Assembly: GCA_051294375.1 (NCBI GenBank)
Contig: CM119270.1
Location: 2,294,388 to 2,358,387, forward strand
Direction: 5' to 3'
Length of the DNA: 64,000 bases
Source: Paraspadella gotoi
Lineage: Eukaryota > Animalia > Chaetognatha
Positions 1 through 14,278 of the stretch are shown piece after piece; the first letter of the stretch is position 1; the number at the start of each line of letters is the position of its first letter. The notes beneath the pieces are model-generated. The model ran no database searches. It saw only the letters and a program-made list of their open reading frames with translations, and had not been told where the DNA came from. The position numbers were made by a program, and so were the translations under genes.

Positions 1-120
1 ATTCTGTATCATTTCTGGGCCGAATCATATTTTACATGTATTTGTCCAGCATAACTGTCAGGAAGGGATGGCTTTATGGCCTCTGCTTGACTCTACAAAT
101 TGATGTCAGAACAAGTAAAT
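1..120 (+). repeat. Dispersed repeat fragment, related to the interior of the TIR element at 41535-43317
   Basis: ctgtatcatt(t)ctgggccgaatcatatttt(a/g)catgtatttgtccagcataactgtca(g)gaagggatggcttt recurs at ~43161-43260. Confidence 0.7.
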
Positions 121-1124
121 TGTTAAATAGTTTATAAATATTTAGTTAATTTTCGAATATTAATTTTTCGGTTTTATATGGAATACCAATAACGTTACTA
201 GCTTAAATTCTTCAAACTCGTCCTTCATTCTGTGAGTTCATTGGTGTATTATTTGGTTCTTTACATTCTGATTGACGAGACCTTTCTTGCATCCAATTAT
301 TGGTACGCTATTCTAAAAGTTCGAAAAGTCGTTTTTAATTGGTCTATTTTAAATTTAAAGAAGTTATAAAAGGGCAAGTAGAATGTTTAAAACTTTTAGG
401 AGATGCCCAGGGGAAACATTAGGTAACATGATGAAAATATTTGTAAACTCTCTTGAAATGGAATTCTAATCATTCGAAATATTATTATTTTGTACCAGTG
501 CTTTGATGCGTCTTCTTATTTGAGCTCTCCTTCCTATAATCTGGTAGCCTCTCTCTCTTCTCTCTTGGCTCTCTTCTCATTTTATTAAAATCTTGTGATT
601 TGGATTTGCATTCTTCATTTTCGCAGACGTGAACGATGGCTTCGCCCAGTGCAAATCTCAGACAAGGTTACAAATCAGCTAAGGTTTAGAGCTAAGTGCT
701 CAAACAATGTTTTTGTTTAAAAACATCCTCCCAACACATCCTCAAAGCTAATGGATTATTTTATTTTAATTGTGTTTGCAATGCAATAATCAACTTTATT
801 TACCGTGTGTGTGTGGTGTGTGTTCGTCTGGGTTTGAAATTCGCTCTGCTTGTCTGCGGCCTTCGCCAGCGAACCGCCAGTTTCAGGCCACCAAACTTTT
901 TATGAAGATCCCTCTGTTGCTTCGAGTTGGACTTCAGTTACGTTATCCCTTCCGTCATGATCATTCTCTGCCAGCAAAATTTTCATCCGTCATCAATGAT
1001 ATCGATTTGATTTAATGGAAGATTTAAATTAACAACTGCATCAAGTCTTCCTATCGCGATTTCTAATCGTCCTCGACGACTACTGCATAGCAAATTAGAT
1101 TTTTGCGACTAAGGTAAAACAAAA

Positions 1125-4100
1125 TGGCTATTTCTGAAGAGATATTCGTATAAAACTAAGGAATGCTCGTGAAATAAAAGTTTTAATAAGATGATTGGAT
1201 TTTTGAGAATTGAAAGATAGAAAATTCTCTTCCTCCTCGCACAAGCAGAAGCTCAATCTGTTTATGAAGCTGCCTAATGTTGAAGCAAGAAATTTGCGCA
1301 AGAGCTATTGAAATCACGGACCTGGTCGGATGCCTTACGTTGCCAAATTGAAGAATTATGGCAGAATACTCTTGAAAAAAGGTCTGCTGGAGTATAGGAC
1401 TGAACTCCAAAAAACGGGCACCGGAAATTCAAGTACAATCCCCCACGCGCACATCTTTTGGTAAACAATTTGGTAATTCCCACCCAAACCTGAGGTAACA
1501 CAGATAAGACCAGCAAAGTATTTCAGAGTTCTGTGAGGAGTGAAAAATTAAAAGTTAATTATGAACATATTAAAAAGGAATTAGATATAAGTTAATGAGA
1601 GGAAAAGAATAAAAAAGACGATTGGAAGAATGATTTGGAATTAAGAAAGAAAAAGTTAGAATTAAAAATTTAAGGGACGAGGAAGAAGAAGCAGAAACGT
1701 GAGGCTCAGTTATTAAAATATGAAAAGGAATAGCCGGAGAAATAGATGGGAGTGAAGCAGAAGTTAATCTGTAGTTGCTGATTTGCCTGAACAATGTCTC
1801 CTCAGCAAATATATTCAGAATTGGACTGAGCAAAATGCGATTCTGATTTAGTAATTGTAAATAATCAAATTAATGTTCAGCCTTTAGCCTTGAAGCCTCC
1901 AGTGATGGCACAAGCGATTTTACGTCCCAGCTCAAGTGGCGGCGCGACCTCCACCTCCACAGGGCTCAACAGCAACCTCCACCTCAACAGGATGAAGCTC
2001 CGCCAATCGTTCCAGCTACTGGTGATCTCGCATCTGTTCTTGGCGCACAATTGTTGAAAAACGACGTCTTGATGATAAAGATAAAGTTCAGTGGAAATAG
2101 TTTTACCATTAGAAGCATTGTTATATATCAATTTGAACACAGACGTGGAAACCATTCCGGGGGTTCAGACAAATCTAAATTTTATGAACTTTTGAATTGG
2201 ACAAAGGGTCTGCCTCTAATGCCAATTAAACAGTTTAGGTACGTGAGTGATGGCTCACAGGCTCTTGCTCTTGCCAAACAGCGTCTTCGCGACCATTGGG
2301 ATATCGCCAACACACCGCGTCTTGAAAGATTAGAGGAAATATTAAGAAAGGTAAAATTGATCCTTTTGACATTGAAAAGACTCGCCATTAGTCTTTGACT
2401 TACAAGAAGCTGAAATGATCGCTAATTGAGCAATGATGCCGGGCGATTTCGCTCAATGGAAGGCAGTAAAAAAGATTTTAAAAGACCGAGTCCCACATAT
2501 AGCGTAATAAATGGATTGAGTATCATCATAAATTTGCTATTAAAAGAGGTTGTGTATTTGGCTTTAAAAATTTTGTTGATTTTCTGGATGATTACGTCCA
2601 AGAAACTAGATTCTCCTTTCGCTGCGCCCAGATCTGCCGACGAAAAAGGAACCAACGGCTACTAAAGTCGGAGCAGCGATGACGACATCGACGACAAAGC
2701 TTTCTTCCCATGTAAAAGCTACGCATCGTTCTCAATCTACTAATCAAAGCGGATTAAAGGTTAAATGTAAGGTTTGTGAAGAAAGCACATTCAATTTTTA
2801 AGTGTCCTAAAAATTTTTAGCCTATAATATGATCAACGTAATGCCAATCTGTAAAAATAAGAGATTAATGTTATAAATGTGCTTAAATTTAATCATATTT
2901 CATCTGAATTGTCGTTCAACCTTTAGTTTGTGAAAAATGTAAAGGAACAAGCCATTGTACCCTTCTCCACCGTGAAGGTCAGGTTACACCAGGAAATTCG
3001 TCTTCTTCCCCACAACTGATGACGCCGACAGTCCAGAGCGCTTCGGCAAAGATATCAGCTCCAATTATTCAGGCCGATAGTGGCGGTAAGAGTGACTTCT
3101 GATGGAAAAGGTAAAACTGTGAATGCCTTACTTGATCTGGTAGCAACCGTACTTGCTGTTCTAAACATTAGGTAACAGCATTGAGTTCTCCTTTACATAA
3201 AAGAAAAAATGCAGGTTTCGACTTTGGATGCTGTAAAAATAGAAGATAGACAAACAACTAATTTTATTATTGGCTCTCTTGATGATGATTATGAGAGCAG
3301 CTAACGATGTATCGTGGCAAATGTTGTTATCTAATGGAAACCTCTCTCCCCAACTCAAAGATATAACCTTTAAACATGAACACTTACGCGGAATTCAAAT
3401 TAGGGAGATTCGAGAACACTGACGGAAATTGAGTCATAATTGAACAGATCATTTTCTCTTTCTCCCAGCTGATGGTGAAATTCGCCGTGGAGCAATTGAT
3501 GCTCCATACGCCTTTAAAACCAAATGGGTTGGGCAGTTGCTGGTCCTACAGGTACTGGATTTGATTAATTCTTAGGAAATCTTAATGTGATTGCATCGCG
3601 AGGTTTGATAATATTTCACTTTCAAACAAGTGAATAATTTTTCGGCTATTGATTTTAACGATGACCCTTTGAAAAGGATGGTCTTTCTCAAAATGATAAA
3701 ACGTTTTAAAATGTTGACGAATCAATGAATTTGTAGATGGCAAATATAAGTTGAATTGCGCATGGAAACGCGGTCGGGAAGAGACTGCAAAATTATTTAA
3801 TTCAGTTTCTAGCGCACAGATGGCCGCCAACCGACTACGACGTCTACGTCCGAAACTGGAGAAAGATCCCATCATGAAAAAAGCTGTCCTTTGACCAAGT
3901 TGAAAACTGGATTCAAGACGGTTCTGCAACAATAATTGAAGACCCTGAAAAGGATAGGTGAAAATCCAATTTGGATCAATGCCATTTAATTTTTGTTTCT
4001 AAAGAGAAAAGCCAGAAAAAGGTACGTGTCTGTCATGACGCTAAAGCGGAAATGTCAAGGTATCTCTTTAAATAATTCCTTTTGCAAGGACCTGACCTCG

Positions 4101-5387
4101 CAAATAATTTTAGCAGGTTGTTTAACTAGGTTTACGCAGACATCCCATTATTTTAATGGCGGATATAAAAGGATTTTATAATCAGGTTTCGTATCGACGA
4201 AAAGGATAAGAGATGCACAAAGATTCTGGTTTTGGAAAGATTTGATAAGATGGATGAACTAATTATGTTAAGAATGAATATTAATGTTTTTGGTACTTTC
4301 CCTTCAGTCGCGATCGCAAATCATGCTGTTCAAACATCACGTTAAAATACATAAACCATTATATGCACGTTTTAATTACTATTAAAACTTTAAAGCGTAA
4401 TTTATATGTTGATGACATGACTAAATACTTCTCATTCAGTCCTGCAGCTAAGAGACTTTCAGATCAAGTCGACGATCTTCTTGGAAAAGGTGGATTTCCA
4501 GCTCTCCAAATGGAAGACAAATAATCGCGAATTGGCCCGCTTACCTCGGCGCACGAGTCGAATTATCTGATGAAATGAAAAGGTTAGTGGATCGAGGTGA
4601 AACTTTTTCCGATCGTACCTTAGGCGTCGGTTATGATTTTGGTTCTGAACGAATTTAAATTTCTACCAGGAAATTTAAAAGGGGGGAAAAGAAATACAGA
4701 CAAGGAGACATGTTTTAATCATTAACCGCGTCAATATTTGGACCCACTTGGCTTTGCAGCACCATTTCTCTTTGTTGCTAAATCGTTTATTACAGAAAAT
4801 TCTGCGTTGCTGACTACGGTTGGGACGACAAGATTCCCGGGAAGATCTGCAGTCTTTCCTTGATTGGAAAACCAGTCTCCTCGTTCTAGAAAACGTTTCG
4901 TAGCGCGATGGGACGAGTTCTCCTTCAATTGCTAAATAAGTAAAGTTGAATTACATTTATTTTCTGATGCAATGCAATACGGTTATGGTTCTGTTGCTTA
5001 CTTAAGAATTATTGACAATCTAAATAACATTCACGTTTCAATTTTTAATTGGCTAAAATGCACGAATAGCTCCCCTAGAACGAACGAGTTTCAGGTTCAA
5101 AAGAAACGATCCCTCGCCGCCCTCCCTAGCAGCTCACTGCCGCTGTTAACTTCAACAGAAATTTATAAATTTCTAAAACGTGAAATGGATCAAGAAATCA
5201 ATGAGTATTTTTCTGGGTTGATGCTACTTGTATTTTGAAACAATACGAAATAAGACTACTAGATTTTAAAGCTTTCTTTGCTAATAGATGGCTAAGATTC
5301 ATGAAGTTTCAGATTTTTCCCATGGCACTATGTACCAACAGGATAAAACCCAGCGATCTCTGTTCGCGCGGCATTGAAAAAGCATCG
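1125..5387 (+). mobile_element. BEL/Pao LTR retrotransposon gag-pol, frameshifted and cut by the gap at 5388
   Basis: Motifs read across frameshifts: gag SDKSKFYELLNWTKG (~2165); three Cys/His knuckles at 2766-2970 (CKVCEE.H, CY.C..FNH, CEKCKGTSHCTLLH); protease ALLD.GSNRT (~3122); RT VRVCHDAKA (4023), QGPDL, MADIKGFYNQV (4156), NLYVDDM (~4399); RNase H LHLFSDAMQYGYGSVAYLR (4951); NP.DLCSRG (~5347). The 5' boundary is approximate and no LTR was identified. Confidence 0.9.
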
Positions 5388-5487
5388 NNNNNNNNNNNNN
5401 NNNNNNNNNNNNNNNNNNNNNNNNNNNNNNNNNNNNNNNNNNNNNNNNNNNNNNNNNNNNNNNNNNNNNNNNNNNNNNNNNNNNNNN

Positions 5488-6062
5488 TTAAGGATGTTAA
5501 GGGTGGGGGGAGTGAGGGACGCAGGGTCGAGTGATATTGATACGTCGCGGATACCAAGAATAAAAGATAATGTGATTTGAATGGCAAGGGTTGTTATCAG
5601 ATGAGAATAAATCTAGAGAAGAGATGTTAAACATAAAGGATGTTTTGGCAAGGAATGAGTAAAAACAACATGTAAGGAGATCAGGGATGTAAAGATAGGA
5701 GCAAGGATATTGTAAGTTAAAAAAATGTTAAGGGCGAGAGGGATGTGAAGGGCAAGGGATGTTAAGGAGAAGTGGATTGGAGAGCAAGTATATGTAAGTG
5801 AAAGATGTTAAGGGCGAGGGATTGTAGGGCGAGGGATGTAAAGAGGAAGTGATTTGGGGAGGCAAGGATATTGTAATTGAAAGATATTAAGGGCAAGGGA
5901 TGTTAAGGGCAAGGGATGTTAAAAAGGGAATGAATTTGAAAATGCAGGATATTGTAAGTGAAAGATGTTAAGAGGCGAGGGAATTTTCGAGAGATTTTAT
6001 GGCAGGAGCATTTTTCAGAAACGTAGGGATGTTCAGGGAAAGGATGTCAGTGCAAGGGATGT
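5488..6062 (+). repeat. Degenerate purine-rich minisatellite (aagggatgttaagggc-like units)
   Basis: Repeated aagggatgtt / agcaaggatattgtaag / gaaagatgttaag units; the same family occurs reverse-complemented at 16100-16290. Confidence 0.75.
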
Positions 6063-6067
6063 TTCAG

Positions 6068-6197
6068 CCACAAGGTCAATCCAGACCGGAGTGTGACTTT
6101 AATCCGATGTTAACTAAATTGAGAGGAAGGAGGCAATGGGTCATCTCTTGATGGTTGTTCTCTCTCTACCGCATGAAAGACATTGTGAACGAAATGG
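6068..6197 (+). CDS. Possible internal exon (possibly TMTC3-like gene; unassigned)
   Basis: Complex sequence between a tttcag acceptor and ATG|gtagct, directly after the intronic satellite. The frames read contain stops (indel errors likely) and no motif was recognised. Confidence 0.2.
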
Positions 6198-6609
6198 TAG
6201 CTCCATGTGAAAGTGAAATCAAAAAATATAATATCGATTAATATTCATATGTCTTCATTAATTAGTACATCAATTTAAAAAAAACGCCGACTGACCGAAA
6301 TTCTTATAACGTGAGAATATGTCGAACACTGAAATGTTTACAGTTGAAGATCACTCGTAGCATTTAAAAAGAGTCAAGGCCCTTTTGAACTTCTTCGAAA
6401 AAAGAAAATTCATTATATTCGAATTAATTTTATTTTATCTTCAAATAAATTTGCTTCATCCGAACGCGAAGAAAATTCTTGAGATGAAATATTTATTAGT
6501 TATTTCTTAACATCATCGCGTCATATATTTATTCATTATTTATTCATTAAGTTTTTATTAAATGAATAATCTTATCATTTTTTCTTTCTCCTTCCTTCTC
6601 TCTCATCTG

Positions 6610-6862
6610 CCACCAATCCGTCCGTTCGTACCGTCCGTCCGTCCGTCCATCATCTATCCCTCCATCCAATATCCATCCATCCATCCAAATCATCCATCTC
6701 ATCCAATCATCTATGATCCATCCATCCATCCCATCCATCCATGCCATTCGCATCCATCGCATCATCCATCCATCCATTCCATCCATCCATGCCAATTCAT
6801 CTTTCCATCATCCAATCATTCCATCCATCCATACCATCCATCCATCCATCCATCCATACCAT
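6610..6862. repeat. (CCAT)n/(CCGT)n microsatellite
   Basis: Direct reading; gives rise to spurious HPSIHP / MDGW ORFs. Confidence 0.9.
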
Positions 6863-7604
6863 TTAATTTTCATTTTCTCCGTCGTGTTTTTCCCATCATT
6901 TATTTTAACTTTAATCTTTGTTTTAATTCTTTTATTCTTCATCCTTAACTTAACTCAGCCGCTCTCTCATCTCTCAGTCTCTCGAATCTCTCATCTCATC
7001 TCTCTGTTCTCCTCCTGGTCTCCTCTCTCTTCTCTCTCTCTTCGTCTCTATCTCTCTCTCTCTTTCTCCCTCGCCCAGTTCGGCGTTCCCATCTGAAGGT
7101 AGAAAAAAACAAAATGGCGCCGCATTTTTTAACTGTTTTTTATTTCGCCACAGAGATTTGTTTTTTTGGTTATCCAGATCAAATTCGAGTTAAGAGACGC
7201 AAAGTGTCGAGTGGTTGTTGTTGTTGATAAAAATTACCGTTGAAAATTAAGATCTTAAATCGACATTGCTTTAAAATGAATGAAAATCCGTAGTTAAAAC
7301 TCAATTTTAGGACTCGATTTAAAAGTAAATTAAATAAAAGTGAAAAAAAGAAAAAAAGATTATCCAACACACAAAAAAGGAACACTCACTACTATTTCAC
7401 ATGAGAAGGGCGATGAAAATCCTTAATTTCAAAACGACAGAATTCCCTCTTCAGGTCAAACGACACAAAAAAAACCTGGAGTCACGTGTTCCTCAAGTCA
7501 ACGTGATCGTCTTTCCATGTGATTTCACCCACGTTAGAAAAAAAAGAGTGAAAAGCCTCACGACTCAATTGCGTTTCTAGATTCACTTTGAGTTCGTGAA
7601 TCGA

Positions 7605-8075
7605 TACGCCTTCCTCCTCTTCATCTTCCCGTTCTCTTCTCTTCTTCCTCTTCCTTCATATTCTCTTCTTCTTTTTTCTTTTCTGCCATCTTCTTCCTCC
7701 TCTTTTCTCCTTCTTCCCTCCTCATATTCTTTCTCGCTGCATCTTCTTCATCCTCATTCTTCTTTCTGCCTCTTACTTCTTTCTCCTACCTTCTTCCTCC
7801 TACTTTTTCTCCTCTTATTCCTCCTCCTCCTCTTATTCTTCTTCCTTTCTTCTATTGTTCTTCCTCCTCTTTTTCTTACCTTTTCTTCCTCCTCATTCTT
7901 CTTTCCTCTTTCCTCTCTTTTTCTTCTTCCTCCTACTTTTTCTCCTCTTCTTCCTCCTTCTTCTTTCTTCACCTCATTTTCCTTTTTCCTCCTCTTTCTA
8001 TTCTTTCTTCTTGCTTCCTCCTCTTCTTCTTCATCCTCGTCCTTCTCCCCTCCAATTTCTCCCTCTCACCCTCTC
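7605..8075. repeat. Polypyrimidine (CT/CTT) low-complexity tract
   Basis: Almost pure C/T; similar tracts at 12010-12735, 13850-14110 and 14875-14965. Confidence 0.85.
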
Positions 8076-8583
8076 ACAGTCGTGGTCTACAGAATACCGG
8101 GGTCCGCTCAAAGGCACTATAGGGAACTTCAAGTCCGCTGGTCGTTTGTCTGTCTGGTTTTTTCTGCTTACTCTCTCTCTCTCTCTCTCTGCTCCTCCTC
8201 TCTCTCTCTCTTCTCTCATCTCTCTCCGTATTTTTGTTTCTCTCGGCACACCAGGGGGTCTCTCGTTCCATTCGACCGTGGCGCCATTTTTCAATGCTCT
8301 CTTTTCTTTTCCGCCTTCGGCTCGTTTTGGCTTATGTTTTATTTTACGGGTTTCATTTCAGAAAATAAAAAAAGAAAAGTCGAGTTGTTGCTTTAGCTGA
8401 TTTTGAATAATTGAAATGCCGAATGAAAACTTACATTTTTAATTATGTTAAATATTCTTAATACACGGAGTTAATAAATATTTTCTAGCTCACAAATGTT
8501 TTTACTTTTCCCTTTTTTCATTCCTTGTTTTTGACGCTTTCGTAATGCTATCGCATTTTTTTTCTCATCTCTCTCTCTGCTCC

Positions 8584-8639
<56 letters not shown>

Positions 8640-9476
8640 ATTTTCACTCTCCACCTCTCTCTCTCGTATCTCTTCTCGCTCTTTTCCTCTTCTCCATATC
8701 TGCTCTCACTCTCTCTTTGGTCATTTTCCTTCAAAAGCTGATCGTCTGCAACTATAGGAAATAAAATACGATGGGTTATATCAGAGTTTACCGAGTTGTA
8801 TTTCCGAAAATAAGGAGGCGAGGCATTTTGAACAACCCAGAGCTATTCTCTTTTTTAAGACGGGAGCGTAAAGAATAAGATTATATAAAAAAATCAGATA
8901 AACTTTAAAAACATTCAAAAGAAATACTCCTTTTTAATTGGAATGGGAATTGGCTTTAAAAGCGGCAGAAGTATGTGCCATCCATTCATGAAAGTTACAA
9001 TTAGTTTACAATTTCCAAATCCTTAACATTAATTATTAATGTTTTGTTTTAGTCTTTTTTTAAGATTAAAATAAAATATTGTTCAGGTTTTATTTTTTTA
9101 TCAAATAATTTCCACTGATTACATTTTTATCGTTTTTCATGTAAACTTTTTTTTGCGATTTATTTAGTATTTTTTTTCTTCTTTCAGATATTCAACGTCA
9201 ATATTTTTTCCCTCGATTTTTTTGCGAATGTAAAACGAAAAAGAGAGAAGAGAGAAAAAGGAATGCAGGTAATGAGAAGGGCAGAGGAAAGGGTAAGGCA
9301 AGGGGAAGGGTATATTTATTGTGAATTATTTGTAGAAATTTAACGTTATAAAATAATTTAGTAGTGAAGATAAAATAATTTTATTAAAGAAATTTTAAAT
9401 TTTGTCAAAAATGTTTGATTCTGGCCCGCCCTTCATTGGGTATGGAGGTTAAAAAAGTGAGATCAAAGTTGGAACA

Positions 9477-10256
9477 GAGATGAGAGATTCTGTCAAAACG
9501 AGGCTGCCTCGAAGGCAAAGGGAAGTTTAAACCTTGAAGTATTATCTTAGAATGGGAGATTCTGTCAAACAAGGCTCACTCGAAGGCAAAGGCGAAGTAA
9601 ACCTAGAAGTGCTATCCACTAAGAATAGAGATTCTGTCCACAAACGAGGCTCACTCAAAGGGCAAAAGAAAGTAACCTAGAAGTGCTTCTAGATATGAGA
9701 GATTCTTGTCCAAAACGAAACTCAAAACAAAGGAAAGTAAATCCTAAGAAGTGCTCCTTAAGAAATGAGAGATTCTGTCAAAAACGAGGCTCACTCGAAG
9801 GCCAGGGAAGTAAACCTAAAGAAGTGGCTACTTAAGAATGAGAGATTCTGTCAAATGAGGCTCAATCAAAGGCAAAAGAAAGTAAACCCTAGAAGTGCTA
9901 TCTTAGAAATGAGAATTCTGTCAAATACGAGCTCACTCAAAGGCAAAAGGGAAGTAACCTAGAAGTGCTCCTTAGAATGAGAGAATTCTGTCAAAAACGA
10001 GGCTCACTCGAAGGCAGGGAAGTAAACCTAGAAGTGCTACTTAGAAATGAGAGATTCTGTAATGAGGCTCATTCGATAGGCAAGGGAAAATAAACATAGA
10101 AGTGCTCCTTAGAAATGAGAGATTCTGTCAAAATGAGGCTCACTGCAAAGGCAAAACAGAAAGTAAACCTAGCAAGTGCTACTTAGAATGAGAAGATTCT
10201 TGTCAAAATGAGGCGTACTGCAAAGGCAAAAGAAAGTAAACCTAGAAGTGCTCACC
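9477..10256 (+). repeat. ~71-bp tandem satellite, about 11 copies
   Basis: Unit agaatgagagattctgtcaaaacgaggctcactcgaaggcaaagggaagtaaacctagaagtgctactt; the gattctgtc core recurs at ~9486, 9558, 9630, 9701, 9771, 9845, 9915, 9985, 10054, 10121 and 10195. Confidence 0.9.
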
Positions 10257-10455
10257 TTAAACAATCTGTTTATACTTTAATGATAGACCGTCGTATAAAG
10301 TGATTCACTGGCGGTGAATCGATTTTTGCAGTGAAAAGAAAGAAAATTTAAAAAGAAAAAAAGAAGAGAAAGATGAGAAAAGATAGATGAGAAAAAGAAA
10401 AAAACAGGATACGAATATGTATTAAAGATTAGGAAGAGATGACGACGGGAAAGAG

Positions 10456-10499
<44 letters not shown>

Positions 10500-10589
10500 G
10501 GGAGAATTGAAGGAAGCAAGGGTAAAGGAAAAGGGCGATGAAAACTTGAGATGAATAACGAGGAAGAGTTTGAAGAGGGAGAAAGTTTT

Positions 10590-11540
10590 TTTATAAAGAC
10601 GATGATTGCAATAAGAATATTGACAAGGGAAGAACGACGATGACCGATGACGAATGACGACGACGACACGATGATGATGATCACGATGACGACGAAGACG
10701 GATGAACACATGATTGCATAAGAATATTTGACAAGGGAGAGAACGACGATGACGAGACGATGACGAGCGATGAACGAACGACGACAACGATGATGATAGA
10801 TCACGAGACGACGAAGACGTGAACACAATGATATCATAAGAATATTGACAAGGGGAGAACGACGATGACGACGACGAATGACGACGAGCGGACAACGATG
10901 ATGATGATCACGATGACGACGAAGACGATGAACACGATGAATTGCAATAAGAAATATTGACAAGGGAGAGAACGACGATGACAACGATGACGACGATGAC
11001 GACGACGACAACGATGATGATGATCACGATGACGACGAAGACGATGAACACAGAATGGATTGGCATAAGAATATTGACAAGGGAGAGAACGACGATGAAC
11101 GACGACGATGACGACGATGACGACGATGGACGACGACGACAACGATGATGGATGATCACGATGACGACGAAGATGAATGAACACGATGATTGCATAAGAA
11201 TAATTGACATAGTGGAGAGAACGACGATGACGATGACGACGACAATGATGATGATGATGACGACAGATGAATATTATCACGATGACGACTAAGACGATAA
11301 CACGAATGATTGCATTGGGAATATTTGAACAGGGGAGAGAACGAACGATGACGATGACTGACGATGACGACGACGATGATGATCACGAGACGACTAAGAC
11401 GATGAAAACACGATGAGTGCATAAAAATATTGACATGAGATAGAAACGAGGATGACGACAACGACGACGACGATGACGACGATGACGAATGACGACGAGC
11501 GACGACGACGATAACAAAGACGATGAAAGCGATGATGAAA
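10590..11540 (+). repeat. ~115-120-bp higher-order repeat built on (GAC/GAT)n, about 8 copies
   Basis: Anchor gattgcataagaatattgacaagggagagaacgacgatgac recurs about every 110-125 bp. Confidence 0.85.
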
Positions 11541-12737
11541 CTCATGATTTAAATATCAAAAGCAAAAAATGGCGATGGCTTTAAAGATTAAAGACTCACG
11601 TAAATTAAAAAAAAAAAACAATAAAACTAATGAATTATTTTATGAATTGATCAGAAGCGATCGCAACTCACTACACGTTTTCAAACGAGACTCGAATGTA
11701 TTGGTTTCCTGATAACGAAATTAAAAAAATTAAAAAAAAACAAAACAAAAAAACTGTTTTTCCCTTTTGTTATTCTGTTTTCGTTTTGTTTTCTCCTCGA
11801 GGCGGCGCTTCCTTTCTTTTCTTTCTTTTCGTCCTCTGTTTTCACTTTGAGATGAAAAATAAAAGCGAAAATCGAAATGAGATTTTAAAATCGCGAGTTG
11901 GAAAAAATAAATGAACTTCTTTTTCGCATTTTAAGCATTAAATATCTTCCGCTTGTCAGTTGTTTATCAAGTTTTAGGCTTTTGTACATAATTTTTAATT
12001 TTACTTATATATCTTTCATTCTTTTTCCCTCTCTCTTTCCTTTTCTCTTTAAAAACTTTCTTTCTTTGGAATTTTTTTCCTTTCTTTCCTTCCTGCTCTT
12101 CTTTCTTTCCTTTCTTTTGCTTCCTTCTTTCCATATGTATTCAACCCTCTTTTATGTCTTTTTTCCTCTCCTTCTGCTCTCCTTGCTGCCAAGCTTCTCT
12201 CTTTCATTTCTTCTTTCTCTTCTTTTCTCGCACCTTCTCTACCTCTCTTTTCCATTTTTCTTCTCTTGCTCTTCTACCTAACTTTCTCTACCTCTCTTTC
12301 ATTTTTCTCTCTCTTCTTTTCTCCTGCTTCTCTACCTCATCTTTCATTTCCTTCTCTCTCTTCTTCCTTCTTCTCATACCTCTACTTTTCCATTTCTTCT
12401 CTTCTGCCTCTCTTCTTCTCTACCTCTCCTCACTCTCACCTCCCGCTCCATCTCTCTCCTCATTCGCACCTCTCCCTCCATCCCTCTCTTCTTTCTCTCC
12501 TTCCCTCCCTCATGCTTCTTTCTCCCTTCCCTGCCCTCACTCTCCTTCTCTCTCTCACGCTCCCTCGCTGGCTCCCTCTCTCTCCTTATCTCTCCTCTTC
12601 TTCTCTCTCTGCCCTCCTTCTCTCTCTCTCTCTCTCTCCTCCCTCTCTTCTCTTTCTGCCCGTCCCTCTCTTCTCTGCTCTCTCTCTCTTCTCCCTCCCT
12701 GCTCCCCTCTCTCCCTTCCTCCTCTCTCCCCCCTCAG

Positions 12738-13028
12738 TTCAGAAATCAATCAACATTTCCTCGCGGAAAATTCCGGCGCCGATTCGAAATTCTTTGCCGG
12801 AATTTCGGAGAGACGTGGCCGAGAATCTCAGAGACACAAAAACCGGCGCTATTTCAGACGCGAGCGCCATCTGCGCCAGCAGGCGTCGCCGGCGCCATCG
12901 AAGTCGCACTAGCGGCGCCATCGTGGTGTCCGGAGGGAAAACAAGAGGAAGACGACGACGACGACGACGACGACGACAGAGCAAATGGTGGAAGAATTAC
13001 GAACGGGCGAAACTGCGGAAAAATATTG
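12738..13028 (+). CDS. Putative internal exon, low-complexity/disordered product (possibly TMTC3-like loop)
   Basis: Long polypyrimidine tract + cag acceptor, GC-rich body, G|gtgaga donor; one frame is open (KSINISSRKIPAP...RAKLRKNI). No domain recognised. Confidence 0.35.
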
Positions 13029-13590
13029 GTGAGAATTAAAAATAAATATATTTTGATTAAAATGAAATATATGTAAAAAGAGAATTATATATTACGTTTT
13101 GTATTAAGTTTTGAGAAACCAGATGGTAATATAAATTTAATATGTAACGAAATCAAATGTTTCTGACAAAAGGATTATGGAATTTTTATTGTATATAAAC
13201 AACGGACTTCTTCTTCCGGATTTATTTATTTTTTTGTAAGGCATTGATCAAGCGCGTATAACAAAATAATCATACTGAAAATGGCATATAAGCAAATAAA
13301 CATTATGTTTATTAAGGTTAACATCTTTACAGGTTCAACTCATCTCTTGCAAAAGCGAATGCACAACAACAACGAAACAACACAAACATAACTATAAACA
13401 AACAAACAAACAACAACAACTACGTCAGCAACATCGCCAAAAACATCTTAGGCTACAACAACGACGACGACGATGAGGACAGCGAACGACGAACGTGGAC
13501 GAACGAACGTTTACAGAGGCTGCGAATTCATCTTTCGTCTGAGCACTTCCGTAAACATAGGAATACTAAAATAGACGATGATAGAGAGAG

Positions 13591-13645
<55 letters not shown>

Positions 13646-14118
13646 AGAGCAGAATCTAATCTTTTTATTTTATGATTCAATTCAATTTGATTCATTTTCA
13701 TTTCCTTAGTTATTCCTTCTCTATTCCTTTTACTATTTAATTTTGCGCCAAATTTATTTTAAGAATTTTTTTTTAAATTTTTTATAGTATTTGTCAGTAC
13801 TGATAAAAAATTGTTAAAAGAATTAATCAATTTTTGTAATGAAAACAACTTTTTCTTCTTCTTCGTCTCGACTCCCTGTACCACATTCTTTCTCTCTCTC
13901 TCTCTCATCATTCTGCTCTCTCCTCTCTCTCTCCGTCTCTGCTCTCTCTCCTGCTCTCTCTCTCTCTTCTCTCTCTCTCTCTTTCTCCTCTCTCTCTCTC
14001 TCTCTCTCGTCTTCGTCCTCATCTCTCTCCGTCTCTCTCTCTCCTCTCTACTCTCTCCATCTCTCTCTCCTCACTTTAACCCTCTCCCTCGATCTCGCCG
14101 CTCTCTCTCCCACACAAG

Positions 14119-14278
14119 ATCACGTCGACGAAAGAGAGACAGAGACTCGTCAATCGTCTCGTTACTACTCTCACGATCCCGTCCCGCGCTGGCGACGTCT
14201 CTTCGTTTCCGCGGCTGCGCTGCCTTTGGCTTCGAAATCGGGCGTCGTACAGGGAAGGAGACGCCGGTTTTTGCTCGG
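14119..14278 (+). CDS. TMTC3: TMTC3-like exon immediately preceding the DUF1736 DNPA motif (frameshifted in the assembly)
   Basis: caag acceptor and gtaaga donor. Allowing indels, the 3' part reads LRIGVVQGETPVFAR, comparable to the recalled TMTC3 segment IRVQVIQSQLPVFTR(FDNPA). Confidence 0.5.

Noticed and set aside
7596-8400. Long Leu/Ser/Phe ORFs (also 10277-11545, 12154-12735, 27851-28187)
   Set aside because: Translations of CT/GA/GAC microsatellites.
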